A stretch of 62,527 nt of DNA, the filler included, from Sphacelaria rigidula (taxonomy: Eukaryota): the NCBI GenBank assembly GCA_964200075.2. It is 5 parts of 5 records of this genome, joined end to end, with 100 filler letters (N's around TTAATTAATTAA, not from the genome) between each part and the next. Parts side by side here need not be neighbours in the genome. Positions count along the whole stretch, not along the records: positions 12,529 to 24,953 come from CAXNAA020003786.1; positions 25,054 to 37,478 come from CAXNAA020003787.1; 3 more parts are not named here. One strand, written 5' to 3'. Every line of letters begins with the position of its first letter. The stretch's first letter is position 1. Both the position numbers and the translations under genes were made by a program. The notes beneath the pieces are model-generated. The model saw only the letters and a program-made list of their open reading frames with translations, had not been told where the DNA came from and made no database searches. This document shows positions 12,874 to 25,240 of the stretch, piece after piece.

Positions 12874-15800
12874 TTGCCGGAACACGGTCCAGATCTTGTC
12901 GGCGGTAAAGTGTCTGTAGATCCGGCCACTTTCACTACTCGCGTTGCGACCCATGCCCGTCCAAACGCTATCACGCCTACAAAATGCGTATCCTTGTTGG
13001 ATAGCGGCAGCCCGCAAACATTTATTCGAGAATCAACATGGAAACACATGAAACAGACTGGCGCTGCTACTGCAGCTTGCGAAACCACCACCAAACCTCG
13101 AGTGTGGCGCGGTTTCGGTGATTCTGCCGCACCGCTGACGACACGTAAATCCGTACGCCTAAGTGTGCAATTCTTTCACAACACCACTCGATCTGCCAGC
13201 CTGGCAGTCTGAGCATACATTGTCCCCGACAGCACAATGCATCACGCCATATTATTGGGCAGAGATAGCTATATGCGGTTTAATGAACGCACCTACCGCA
13301 CGCTTCCGCCATTAACGCGACATTTCACGCCGCGTGGAGAATTCAACCTCGAGCACTTCGGTACTCTCCACGACGCCCTGGCTTATCAGAAGAGTCCTCA
13401 AGCAACCGGAGCTGCTTACCACCTACGATATAACGGTAGCGTTGGTATTACACTCTCCGACGACCGCCAACTTCTTGAAGTTGCACTAGTTCGCCGAAAT
13501 GGCATGCCAGCACTTACGGGCCATTATCTTACCGAAATGTTACCCCGTATTGGCGCACCAGCCGACACAGAACATTTTGTGTCGGCGGGACAACAACTCC
13601 TCCCTCTTACGGGCCATGCTAACTTGGAACCCGGCGATGTTTTAGGAATCGCCGCTGCTCCCCTAATGCACATCCCACTCGAGACGTGCGTCACAGAGCG
13701 TGCCGCGCCAAACACCACATCTCCGGCGGAGTCAGTCCATTGTGTCGATGAACCCTATTTCGATCTCGCCTCTGCGACTCCACCCCAGGTCCACACCGTG
13801 GATCCTGTCCAGTCAAATTCCGATCCCCCTACTGAAGTGCTTCAACGCTTATCACCAGATTCTCGGAATAGTTTCTTGCACATGTGGAACCAACTGCCGC
13901 CACACATGCGCGACATCAATTTTGACCTTCATGGGCCCGGTTAGGAACCGGCAGTCATCCAAGAACTCAGTGATGTCCTGCTACAGTATCAAGATCGATT
14001 TCCCCCATCCAAGATGGATCTTGGGCATTGCAAAACACTGCCCTTTGAGGTTACCCTCTAACCCGGTGTCTCGCCGATTTCTTCTCGGTCATACCGTACC
14101 AACCCAATCCTTACCAAGAAAGTTGACACCATCTTGAATGCGTATTTGGGAGCGGGACTAATACAGCATTCCTCCTCTCCTTGGGCCTCGCCCCTTGTGG
14201 TCGTCCCCAACAAGGATGCAAACATACGCATAACCGTGAATTATCAACGGTTGAATCGCGTCACTGTAGTCGATAAACTTCCAATTCCCCGCATTGATGA
14301 AGTCTTTGACTCCTTGGGCGAAGGAAAAATATTCAGCACCTTCGACCTCGCTTCTGGGTTTTTTCAGAATGCTATACACCCTAACACAGTCCCACTAACG
14401 GTTTTTTGTACCTCGTCCGGACTTTTTGAGTGGCTTTGAATGGCACAAGGCGCCGCCACTGCACGGGATGCTTTCAACGCTTAATGCAACGCGTCACCGA
14501 GGCCTCCAGCACATCATCGTATACTTGGATGACGCTATCGCTTTCGGTGCCTCACCTATTGCACATATACGCACTCTAGGAGAATTTCTCTCTCGCCTAC
14601 GCACGCACGATTTGAAACTGTCTCCATCCAAAGCTCGCCTTGGCGCGACTGACTTGGAATTTTTGGGGCATTCCATTTCGCCAGCAGGCCTGCATCCGGA
14701 TACAAACAAAGTCAAGGCAATGATTGATTTGCCGATGCTAACGAACATTTCTCAACTTCGCTCATTGTTGGGCGGGCTACCCTATTACCGCATATGTTTG
14801 CCGAATTTATCTAAACGGATTTGCCCCCCTTACTGAGCTACTCAAGAAAGGAGCCGTGTTTTCTTTCATAACCGAAATGGAGCATATCACCCGCCAACTA
14901 CTCAAGACGCTTAACGAAAAGCCCGTACTTTGTTTTCCTGATTGGGAGGCAGTACAAGATGGCTCCCGCCTTTTGCAACTCCACACTGACGCCAGAACAA
15001 ATGGATTTGGAGGATTTTTGGATCAACCTCAGGTTGATGGCTCTGTTCGACCCATCCTTTATATCAGCCGCGCTACCCTGCCCAACGAGGCCAATTGGAT
15101 CCCGCTAGAACTGGAAGGCGGAGTAATCACTTGGGCCATTAAGCGCCTTCGGCAATATCTGTTTCACGTGCCCTTCGAAATCTATACGGATCACGGGGCA
15201 CTTGAACAACTCGCCAAGGTTGGCGAACACAACCCTCGTGTACAACGATGGTTGGAGTTTTCTAACAGCACACCAGTATACTATTAAGCATCGTCCAGGC
15301 AAAATCAACGGGAACACGGATCTTCTTTCCTGCCTACCTCTGCCGCCTACGACCGCAGACCCCAGCCCGGCTTGCCGTTTAACGGAACCCGATGAACCCG
15401 GAATGTTCGCGATCAGACGTTTCTCAACGCCCGTTGACGCCCTCGACCTCCAGTGCCCGGAAACCGGTATGCATATGGGAGGACCTCGCCCTCTACCATA
15501 TGACGCCGTATTGGGTGAGTTAAAGTCCACTACCTCCGATTTTTTCGATCTTCGCACTTTCGGTACTCGCGTGAAACTCTTCGAGGAGACATCCCCAGTC
15601 ACACACCTTATCTCCGACAACACGCGCTCCCGGTCTGCCGCCCGCACCACACCGAGTGCCTCGCCGCCACCGACAACACTTCCAACCTCTATGAGCCACC
15701 CAGCACAAGTTCTACGGACCAATACGCAACTCTCCGCGAAAACTTCTGCACCGTGCGCCACGCGCCGCGGACAATCTTCGTCGCGCACTGATACAATTCC

Positions 15801-18426
15801 GCCACCAATGTCGGCGCCGCAAACATATTCTGCCCCCGAGTACAGAACTGACGACTCGTCTCCTGCTCCCGGAACAGATATTGACGTCGGCATTTCTGCC
15901 CCGTCGCCTATTCCCCCGCCGCTTGCCCTACCATGTTTGGTCGGCTCGCCAGCGGAAGGTTAACTACGCGAGTTTCGTGCCAGCTTCTCCCACCGCGATT
16001 GGGCTCGCGAACAATATGCAGAACCGCTATGTCGCGCAGCCATCCGGTACTTACAAGTTGACTGTCCAGTCCCTTTTCCATCCACACTTCTGGCCCCGGT
16101 TGGGACACTACCACCACCAGTTATTCATGATGTATACGAGCTCGTGCGAAAAAGCACCCTTTTTACTACGGATGAAGGCGTGCAACTACTCGTACGTCGG
16201 CCCACGCCCTTGACAGGCGCAATTGCCGCCTCAACTACGGGACGCACCGCACGACTACTCAATGACGAACCAACGCGCACATATTTACCCTTATTAATGC
16301 GCCCCTGGGTTATGAAAGGCTGCCACACAGATTTGTCATGTCACCTTGGCGTCACCCGCACCCTCGCGCTCTTGTAACGCTTCTACTGGTGGGTTGGCAT
16401 GGAAATTTCAACCTGCTTCTGGATTCGGCGATGCTTTGAATGCCAAGCCCGAAAAACTTCACGACAGACAGTACGCTGGCCCGTCATCTCTATGGGACTC
16501 CCCGACGAGCCCGGCCACCTTGTGTCCTTTGCCTACTTTGGCCCTCTCCCGACCACAGGTCGCAGCAACACCTACATCTTACTCCTCACTGACTGCTTTA
16601 GCCGCCACGCATCCATGTACGCGGTAACCGCCGCAGATTTCACTGCCGCCGGAACGGCCGACATACTGGTCCACGATTACATTAAGCACTATGGTTGCCC
16701 AAAGCGACTACTTTCAGACAATGGTCAGCAATTTCGCTCAGACCTCTCTGATGAGCTTTACAAGCTCCTGGACATCCGCAAAATTGCCACGAGCGCCTAC
16801 CACCCGAACGGTAACGGTGGTACCGAAAGAGTTAATCACACCATGACCCAGATGCTCTCTATGGTTGTCAATGACCGCCAAAATAACTGGGACCTACATT
16901 TCTCGCACATCATGTTGTCCTACAACAACTCGGTTAATGCCGCCACAGGCCTTCTTCCGAACGAACTCCATCTTGAACGCTACCCTCGGCTGCCTATCAC
17001 CGTGTTTGAGCGACACACGTTTGACGGCCACCAAGGATTGGATCAGGATCAGCTATCCTATCACGAGCTAGTGCACGCGCGACAACGCAAAGCGTTCACC
17101 CTCGTGCGCGAACAACACACTATCAACGCCTCGCGCCTAGAGAGATCTAACACTGCTCTCTACAACCTCATGCACAAACGCCCTAACTGGAAAGTTGGTG
17201 ATTGGGTGACTGCTGCCGAGATAGCCCCCCCCTAAACTGGCCAAAAACGTGCACGGAGGCGATGATCATAATTGACGTTCACGCTGGTTTCGTGCTTCAC
17301 GATGCGACTGATTTGGGCGTTGTAGCTGATTTCAGACTGCTACACTCCTCTCATGTGGGCGAAATTGCTGCAAACGAGCCCAATAGTGGGATCGCAGCCG
17401 GTTCGTTGGATGATGCCGGTGCACTTTGGGGGGGGGGGCTATCTCGGCATTAGTCGGGTTTGGATCTACAATAGTTTATCGACCATCCGCCAAGGCACCA
17501 GCAAAGCAGCCAACGGAACAATTTTGAAGACAAAATTGTCCCTCAATTGGACAGGACCATTCAAGATCCTGACAGTCGGACCATCGTCATCATCACCGGA
17601 TGAAAAACTCGTTGGTGACAAACTGCTCTATCTCGACTTGCCTCGCGACTTCCAGGGCAAAGACACCAAGCCCCGCGTCTCCGTGCACAGATGCAAACCC
17701 TGCACAAACCCGCATGATGCAAGCGACATGCCCAAGTACCTGCCTGCCGGACTCATACAGTATGTTCTTAACAGCTACTCGACCAAATCCCCGCCCTACC
17801 ACGTTACAACCGACGATGTGACGGAACAGCCCCTTCGGTTGGCTGTGTCCTCCATTTCCGGCCACCAGATAACCCGTGGTCGAGGAGGCAAGATCGCTGT
17901 CATGTATAAGACACACTGGCACGGTCTTCGGAGGGCGTCTTGGGAACGCGAATCCGACCTGCAATTGCACCGTCGTGCAATCCTCCTTTACTGGACGCAA
18001 TCTCAACATCAGCATCTTGCTCACAACAAGAAATATCGTAACATGCGCCGTGGCGCAGCAGCCCGCGAAGTTCACCGCAATCAGGGACTACGCTTTGTCG
18101 CCGATGGTTACGAACTTGTACCCTCCAAGACTTGTAAGACGAAGTTCTTCGCGAACCAGCGACTCCTGCCCAAGGGCAGCTTCCTTGGGTTCAAAGGCAG
18201 CGACAACCTCTGGTGGTTGGGTCAGACCCACTCCGCTAACCTGGTTTCGGCCGCCACATACATCGTGCGCTTCATCGATGACCCTGGACCCATACAGCTC
18301 AAGCTTCGGCCAGCGCTATATACCACCAGCCCATCTGCACCACGCGGATCCTGGTGTCTCCAGCGACTTCGCCGCGGTCTCCAGCGCAACATCGACCACA
18401 CCCACGACGTCCACGCCTCGCTTTGA
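12874..18426 (+). mobile_element. Degenerate Ty3/Gypsy (chromovirus-like) LTR retrotransposon pol: protease-RT-RNase H-integrase-chromodomain
   Basis: Protease LLDSGS (GAT at 13000). RT SPWASP, FDLASGF and YLDD (14522). RNase H LHTDA...ELE...YTDH. Integrase CH..CHLG...CFEC and core SDNG...YHPNGNGGTER. WTGPFKI, then chromodomain VSSISGHQ...MYKTHWHG...SWERESDL. Gypsy domain order. Multiple stops (13210, 13942, 14059, 14437, 16375) and frameshifts. No LTR pair can be confirmed because the contig is cut at the 5' side. Confidence 0.95.
17208..17455. mobile_element. MITE (GAC...GATAGCCCCCC type) inserted in the Gypsy integrase
   Basis: TIR GACTGCTGCCGAGATAGCCCCCCC / GGGGGGGCTATCTCGGCATTAGTC. TSD GGGT at 17204-17207 and 17456-17459. 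Removing it restores the in-frame GDWVWIYN. Confidence 0.93.
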
Positions 18427-18682
18427 ACCACGCTTCTTTGTCGCGACTGTTGCCCCACCCCTATTTTTTTTTTCCGTCAGCAATGTCTGCCCTCCCTTCT
18501 CCACCAGGATCCCCTTCTACGCCACCACAACAGCGCGACCTACATCGGACGACGATCAAGAACTACTGAGACGACCGCTACCTACGACTACTGGAGCTAT
18601 AGTATCCCCTTCATCTGGCGCTCGATCTCGTTGGATCACCGATTTTCAGATTTCCGCTCTCGCAGTTTTCAGCACTTGTAGG

Positions 18683-18845
18683 TTCCCCCAGGTTGAAGCT
18701 CTGCTCCCTGTTGTACCTTTGGATTCTCCCAGGTTGAAGCTCTACTCCCTGTTGCACCTTTGGATTTCCCCAGGTTGAAGCTCTGCTCCCTGTTGACCTT
18801 TGGCTTCCCCAGGTCAGAGCGCTGCTCCCTGTTGTACCTCCATGT
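18683..18845. repeat. About 41-bp tandem repeat x4 in the Gypsy 3' region
   Basis: CCAGGTTGAAGCTCTGCTCCCTGTTGTACCTTTGG-like units at 18688, 18729, 18770 and 18809. Confidence 0.9.
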
Positions 18846-18915
18846 TTTCCCCCGTTAACTTTTGCTAGGATGCCGAAGCACTTTGTGCTTCTTCGTTGAT
18901 CGCTAGCACGCCGAA

Positions 18916-19172
18916 GAGTGATGCTGCGATAGGGTCTGCACTTTTTGGGCCAAAACCGGCCTGATTCAGGGGTTCCTAAAATTAGGAACTGCACAAGAAT
19001 ATGGATCAGGATATCCCCGTTTGCAAATTCATTCGGGATATCCCTAGCAAATTGAAAGAAAACCCTGGCGTACTCTCACCTATTTCGAAAATCGTGTGTT
19101 GGATGAGATAAAGGGTTCCTGACGATTCTACTCTCAGGCCGTAAAAGTGCTGACCCTATCGCAGCATCACTC
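18916..19172. mobile_element. MITE with GAG...CTC termini (Sola-like ends)
   Basis: TIR GAGTGATGCTGCGATAGGGTC.GCACTTTT. TSD CGAA at 18912-18915 and 19173-19176. Diverged relatives at about 7990-8450, 37700-37905, 38172-38432 and 40190-40325. Confidence 0.88.
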
Positions 19173-19907
19173 CGAAGCAGTTTGTTCTCCCGCGTTTCGG
19201 AGCAGTTTTTTTTCTGCTCCTTGAAGTAGTCTATGCTTCCCTTCGTTTGAGGTGTGGGAGAGGGTACAGGATTGTTGGTACGGGAATGTTAGGTACGAGA
19301 GTGTTCCTTGAGGTATGCCTTATTAGCCGCTCATGACTTCACGAGTAAAGAAAAATCTTAGTTTCCGCTGCTTTGAGGATAAATCCTCGCAGCTGTAATA
19401 AAGGTTCGTCTGGGTGGGTTAGTGTCATGAAGGGTATATTAGCCTGTTGTCATGCCGCTTCAGACCCGTTGTCGAGTCTGGCTAGTTGCTTCCTTGAGTT
19501 TCGGAAGCCAAGATTGCAGGTCTGTTCAGAGTTGGTCGGGTACGAACATAAGCTTGTATATTGGTAAGAAATGGCGAGACAGATCGGCTGAAACGGATAT
19601 AGCTCGCTCACCCTTCGCACTACCAACTGCTCCTCTACTGCTTTCCAGCAAAGGAAGTCTAACCATCGGTGAGACACGTATTGGACTGGTTTGGATTGAT
19701 TGAGTGGGTACTGGAGTTAGAATCAAGATAATCAAGGAGAAGTGAAGAACCTATTTGCGTGAAACCTCGTCTGATATTTGGATGCTGAGCAGGTCACACG
19801 GTATCTCCAAGTTGTAGCAGCCTGACGGTTGTACACTTACCTGCCAAGCTTGTGCCTTGGGTTGCAAGCTGTGTCCTCGCATTATACTACCGCTTGCTCC
19901 TCATTAC

Positions 19908-20215
19908 ACAAGATTGGCCGCTGAACAAAACTTCGTGTGCGAAAATCCGTGCTTGCCGACCCCCGCCAGTTTGCCCAATATTCTGTGGAGACCGCCGTAG
20001 ATTTTGTTGCACACGGATTTTTCTTCAGCGGCCGCTCTCGAAATCTTGAAGCCAAGCGAATCTGAAAAGTGGGCTAGGCTCCTCTCTTCAGGGTGATGCA
20101 AAGTGTCTAAGAAGTGTGTTGGCGATGTTCCCTGTTTGGGGGTCAAAAAGTGGCTCAAACGCCATAAAAGTGAACAATCCGTGGGCCAAAAACCTGTGTG
20201 CCATAACATCCGGCC
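19908..20215. mobile_element. Partial/rearranged Harbinger-like MITE (same family as 51182-51509)
   Basis: Shares ...AAAGTGAACAA.CCGTGGGCCAAAAA...CCATAACATCCGGCC, followed by TAA. Confidence 0.7.
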
Positions 20216-21448
20216 TAAGCAAGAACATCTGGTGAGCTTTCCGATGTCTTTTGAGCAGCTATCGTCTCCTGCGGTATGCGAAATCGATGTTTCGCTATCA
20301 GATGATGGGACAAAGAATGCCAGACCTGCCGCAAATCCTAAATCGAACACTGTTACGGTCATTTTCATATCGATGGGTTATCCCTTGATCGATCGATTTC
20401 TCACGGCTGATGATATCAGCCCACAGTGCGAACCTCGCGACACTTGATGTATCTCTGTATGGGCAAGATGATGTTTAACCTCTCTTACATATTTTACTGA
20501 TCTCAGAACAAGGTCTCCTCGGAAACGGGATTCAATGTCGTGGTGAGGTTGGACCTGCTTTTGGAATTTCGCCATTTTCGTGTAAATATTCGGAACAACG
20601 AACACACTTTTGGCTAGTCGTATGAAAACAGAAGGTTCTGAAAAATGGGTTCACCTGGGGTCAAATCTAAACATAGGGTTGAGGCCTTCTGCAGAAAAGT
20701 CAAATTTCCTCCCGAACAATTTTGCGAAACGAAAGCATGCGCGGATCTTTTGCTTGTGTTGCAGTTAAGCAGGTTTGGCTATAGGTGTACCCAATGAACG
20801 CGGTGTACATGTGTGTCGATGACGATACCACTGGAGGATCAACGGCGGAAATCAAGCTCCTCGTTTGTATGTCCTCGTTCGGCGATTCCCAATCGCTGGA
20901 GAGATTGGTATAATGTTTCCAGCACATACCTCATTTGCCATCGTCGGCACAAGAACGGCAGGCGCTTTGCTGTACAGGCCTCGAAAGAAGATCCGGATGC
21001 CCAGCGTTGTCACATATCTTGGCTAATATGTAGTCGCCTCTTGGCTGTGGCGCTGACCAATGCGGATATCGATTCATCTCTGCCTCTTTTTTGGACAGAA
21101 CGTGCCTCTGTGCGCTTTAGAACTCGTCGTCGAAATGCAGGGTGATATTCACGTCACCGCTACTGTTCTCTCACACACCCGTACGAGCACGAACGGTTGC
21201 GTCGAGATCCAATCGCATGTTAGGGGGGGGGGGGATGTCATTATTGTCATCGTTGGTATTGCTCGACGTTTGGCACAAAGACAAGAGTCTTGCACATCCC
21301 AGTTGGGGGTTTTCAGGGAGATCAAACACTCATGGGGATCTTCGTGGCATGCGGAGTGAAAAAAGATATATCTAACAGCGACTTAGCTCTTGCTAGCGTG
21401 ACCCATAGGGGGGCTGACATACCCTAATCTATGAACTTATCTGATGTA

Positions 21449-21700
21449 GACACTTTCTACGATAGCCCCCCTAGGAAAAGTGCCTGGTTTGGGGAGGTGA
21501 AATTTTCACGTAAATCGATGTGGAAAAAGCCGAGCACAACGAGCAGCTGGGAATTCCCACGCTGGGGTTCGTTCTCGCCGATGTCGCCCATGCGAGGTGC
21601 TTCATGCAGCCTGAACTCGAATATCAGGCGCTGTATGTCCATTTTTTTCGTGACGCTTTTGAACTGGTTTTTTTTTGGGGGGGGTATTGTAGGAAGTGTC
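21449..21700. mobile_element. MITE, GACACTTTCTACGATAGCCCCCC family
   Basis: TIRs GACACTTTCTACGATAGCCCCCC / GGGGGGTATTGTAGGAAGTGTC. TSD TGTA. Homologous to 27543-27786. Confidence 0.88.
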
Positions 21701-22069
21701 TGTACAATCGGTCGCGTGCGCAGGGGTGTGTATATTTCTGTCTAGAATTCGACTTTGGGGAGGACATTACAAGCTGATCCGTTTTACGGTTCCAACAGGA
21801 ACAAAAATGTTCGATTATCACCCACTTGCCGCTTCATTTGTGCCCCCGCCATCAAGCGCTGACCAGAAATACCTTGCCTGAGATACGTTGTTTGGCTAGT
21901 AGGCTTCAAGCAGCGTAGACGGCAGTAACTCCAAGAATCCCGGACAATTCGTTGTCGCACTGACTGCCTGAAGCAATTCGATGCTTAAGATTGTACCAGT
22001 ACAAAAAACTCTGATATTTCAATTCCACCACACAGGAAGGGCGAGCCTACGTCTGTGACCACGGGTTCG

Positions 22070-22120
22070 CGAGATCAGGCCAATGTGCGGAAATAAGAAT
22101 AATAAAAAATAAAGAATAAA
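22070..22120 (+). repeat. Retroelement 3' end with an (AAT)n-type tail; second copy at 37597-37680
   Basis: TCTGTGACC.CGGGTTCG.GAGATC...AATGT.CGGA followed by an AAT-rich tail in both copies. Confidence 0.55.
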
Positions 22121-23165
22121 AATGGCTGTCGACAGCTGAGAACGTGCCCTCTCTCCGGCTCCCGCCAGGTGCAAGAAAAAACGATGCCGCAGTTTTTATT
22201 GCGAGCTCTACGGAGCATTGCTGAGCACAGTACACTAGAGAGTTTTCTTCGAATAAAATTCCGCATTTTTCAAGCTGTAGAGAGGTTTTTCAGGAACCAC
22301 TTTCAATTCCGAACATGTATGGATGCATTTCATTTAGGTTCTATACTAATCGCTTCATGCGAGTTCCAGAGATTGGTAAAACTATGGCGCTGTGTTTTGC
22401 GTAACGTTTTGGCATTGCGATGCGTTTTGTTTGATACCTTTTCCCTGTCTCCATGTCCCAGTGGGCTCAGCCGCTCTTCATTTGTGGAACCAATATCGTT
22501 TTCACTTCACTAACTCGGCATTATGCAATATTGAAAGAACACCTCGCTTCAGATTGATGGTATATGGAACGGTAAGCACGTCATCGCTTACCACTGAACA
22601 CAGTGTACCTCTATGGGTGAGGCTGGCGCACCTCGAGCGGATTGCGATCCTGCACGCATGTCGCATCGTCTCAAATGTGCTTCCTATCTTACTCTCTCTG
22701 TATTGCTGCTGCAGTTACTGCTGCTACTCCCACGCCATGCGTTGTGTTCCGTTTTTCATGGAGTGGCTGGGTGCAAAGGTTTTGCCTCCTTTTTAAAAAA
22801 TGTAACCAGCATCATTTCATCGGGTGCTGACCTGTTTTGTGCGTGTGCTGTGCGCACTTCTCACACAAAGGATCGTTTCTTTCATAGAATTTGAATACAG
22901 ATTTGTGCAAGGTCACAAACAACGTGTTTAGTCGATGAGCATCTACGGCCTATTCAAGCCATGACACGTGCCATCTCGTAACTCACGTGACTGTCACCGT
23001 ACATCATGTATCTTGACTACCGATCCTTTGAGCGTGGCGGCGTGAGTCACCGAACCCTTCTTTTCACATCTATATGTACACCATGGGAAATGAGCCATTA
23101 TCGCCAAAAAAACGAGAAGAAAGGGTGTATGGGTTAACGGACGATTCTGATCCTATCAGGTGTAA

Positions 23166-23521
23166 AACACGGGATTTTACAAATTGGGGATGGATCTTTC
23201 ATTGGGGATGAAAACCCGGAGAATTAAAATCTTTGTATTCACACTAAATCTTCGAAGTATGCTTCCATTTCTTCACTTGCTGGTAGCTATTGACAACTAC
23301 TACACGCCATACAAATTTGGATTTCGATAACCGAAATGTTGGGTCCTAGGTGAAAAACCAATTTTGGCGTCGATCCGGACACCTAAAATCCCCCAAATAG
23401 CGACCAGCAAGTGAAGAGATAGAAGCATACTTCGAAGATTTGGTGTGGATACAAAGATTTTAATTCTCCGGGTTTTCATTACCAATAAAAGATCCATCCC
23501 CAATTCGTAAAATCCCGTGTT
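23166..23521. mobile_element. Foldback MITE, AACACGGGAT family (copy 2)
   Basis: Same TIR as 8071-8419. TSD GTAA at 23162-23165 and 23522-23525. Confidence 0.9.
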
Positions 23522-23649
23522 GTAACCGTAACAGAACGATATTTCCTCCCGACAGTCTCACAGGGAAATCAGACATTCGAAACCCATCCTCAGCAAGCAC
23601 GTGCCACTGCCTCCCCACTCAAGGACCCCACCCTACTGCACGCACTCCA

Positions 23650-24795
23650 TTAGACAAGGCGCCCTCTATCATCGAGCCGGACATCAGACCAAGGCGCAAC
23701 AATGACGCTATCTTCAAGCACTCCGCATGCCATCTTCCTTCCGTCACTACTACTGGTGCAGCGATGCGGCGTGGCTGCAGCCCGAGGAACGCGGTCCTCC
23801 ACTTGCTCCCTGACAAACGCCAGTCCGACGGTGATCATCTCCACAAGCGCCGCCAGAACCAAGCAGACGTGAGCTGCCACAATAACTCCCGCGAAGATTT
23901 CCTGGCTATGGCTAGACTCCGCAGATACGTCAACCTTCAACAGCAGGGCAACGTACATGCTGACGAAGACGACCGCATGCCCCGCGCGGGATATCCATGC
24001 GTCCCATCTGGACGCGTAGGGAGCCAGGCCCTCGGCGATGACGTTGAAGCCAAACGCGAATATCAGTGTTATGGCGATCTGCGCAGCGGTGTTGGGGAAA
24101 ATGAATACCACGACTCCGGTCAGACACACCCTTCGCCCACATTCGATCACCTCGTAGTAGTACCGCTCAGCCTTGTACGGTTTCCACAGGTCTGAAATCG
24201 GTCGTACCCGGGGATCGTCATCTCGGCTGCGGAATGAAAACCCGTCGTTGCTTTTACCCGCAAGCACGCGCCGGTTGGCATACAGGAGCGTGGCGAAAAA
24301 TACCGGGATGCCCACAGGGTACACCATGATCATGACCGCCGCGTAGATTTTCATGGCAGTGTGTTCGTCGGATGTGCATACGACTTGGTAGTCCGCACGG
24401 AGGTATGATGTCCCATCATCGAGAAAATCACAGGCGAACGTGCTGAAGATCACAGAAGAGACCGAGGAATACACCAGAAAGAGCACCAGCAGCAGTGCGG
24501 ACACGTGCCGATGCTTGACGATTTGAAGCGCTGTTTCCTTTGCACTAGGTGCTGCATTTGCATTCGTGTTACCGGCACTACCGGCATTACGCCATTTCGC
24601 GATGGTGTAGGTTATTCCCAGGGCCCCCACGACTGCAATCGGTGCAATCGTTGACGTGAGCAGGTGGTCGTGGAAGTCGAAGTCAAAGAAGCATCCCACC
24701 GGCACGATCGACCCCAGGTCAAACGACAGCAACTCTACACCGTCTAGGAATCGCTGGTACACTCTCGGATAGGTCACGCTCGTCACGGAGGTAAA
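23650..24795 (-). CDS. Terminal exon of a multi-pass (7TM-like) membrane protein of the brown-algal 'polymorphic outer membrane protein/adhesin-like' family
   Basis: Acceptor ggaaacag|TTT, then FTSVTSVTYPRVYQRFLD...YLRADYQVVC...VYPVGIP...LWKPYK..YYYEVIECGRRVCLTGVVVFIFP.TAAQ. Several hydrophobic helices and an intact frame to the stop. Upstream exons lie beyond the contig end. Confidence 0.8.
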   Translation of the reverse strand, partial: FTSVTSVTYPRVYQRFLDGVELLSFDLGSIVPVGCFFDFDFHDHLLTSTIAPIAVVGALGITYTIAKWRNAGSAGNTNANAAPSAKETALQIVKHRHVSALLLVLFLVYSSVSSVIFSTFACDFLDDGTSYLRADYQVVCTSDEHTAMKIYAAVMIMVYPVGIPVFFATLLYANRRVLAGKSNDGFSFRSRDDDPRVRPISDLWKPYKAERYYYEVIECGRRVCLTGVVVFIFPNTAAQIAITLIFAFGFNVIAEGLAPYASRWDAWISRAGHAVVFVSMYVALLLKVDVSAESSHSQEIFAGVIVAAHVCLVLAALVEMITVGLAFVREQVEDRVPRAAATPHRCTSSSDGRKMACGVLEDSVIVAPWSDVRLDDRGRLV

Positions 24796-24953
24796 CTGTT
24801 TCCAAAAGGCAGTAAGTGGATGTGCGGTCACAGGATGGGGGGGACAACGGAGGATGAGGAGGAGGGGGGGGGGGGGGGGGGGGGAAAGGGAGGGGGGGGG
24901 GAAACAATTCCGCGCTTCTCCCTAGCGGTCGGGGGGTGAGAATATTGGCGGGG

Positions 24954-25053
24954 NNNNNNNNNNNNNNNNNNNNNNNNNNNNNNNNNNNNNNNNNNNNTTA
25001 ATTAATTAANNNNNNNNNNNNNNNNNNNNNNNNNNNNNNNNNNNNNNNNNNNN
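24954..25053. other. Artificial contig linker
   Basis: N44-TTAATTAATTAA-N44. Confidence 0.98.
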
Positions 25054-25120
25054 GGCTCTGTGGTCTGCAGTCACGCGCTGCTTGCGGGTGCTGTTGTAGG
25101 AGTGGTGTGTGGTGGCTGGG

Positions 25121-25240
25121 CGGGCGTACTCATTTGTTGCTTACCTTAGTTGGTCGACCATTGACCACGCATCACTTTCGAGGCGGAGCACCGTTCCTAC
25201 TCCTAATAGAGACACCTCCAACATTCTGGCGCTCATTACT
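25121..25240 (+). repeat. Interspersed repeat; other copies at 27141-27207 and 50185-50305
   Basis: GGGCGTACTCATTTGTTGCTT.CCTTAGT...GAGCACCGTT.CTACTCCTAAT is shared. Confidence 0.8.

Noticed and set aside
15105-15893. 262-aa minus-strand ORF
   Set aside because: Antisense shadow of the GC-rich Gypsy pol linker, with no recognisable motif.
17353-17455. N-terminus of the 357-aa ORF as a separate gene start
   Set aside because: It derives from the inserted MITE. The rest of the ORF is the integrase C-terminus.
19250-19850. Polypurine tract and 3' LTR of the Gypsy element
   Set aside because: GTGGGAGAGGG is PPT-like, but there is no clear TG...CA boundary and no 5' LTR in the contig to compare.
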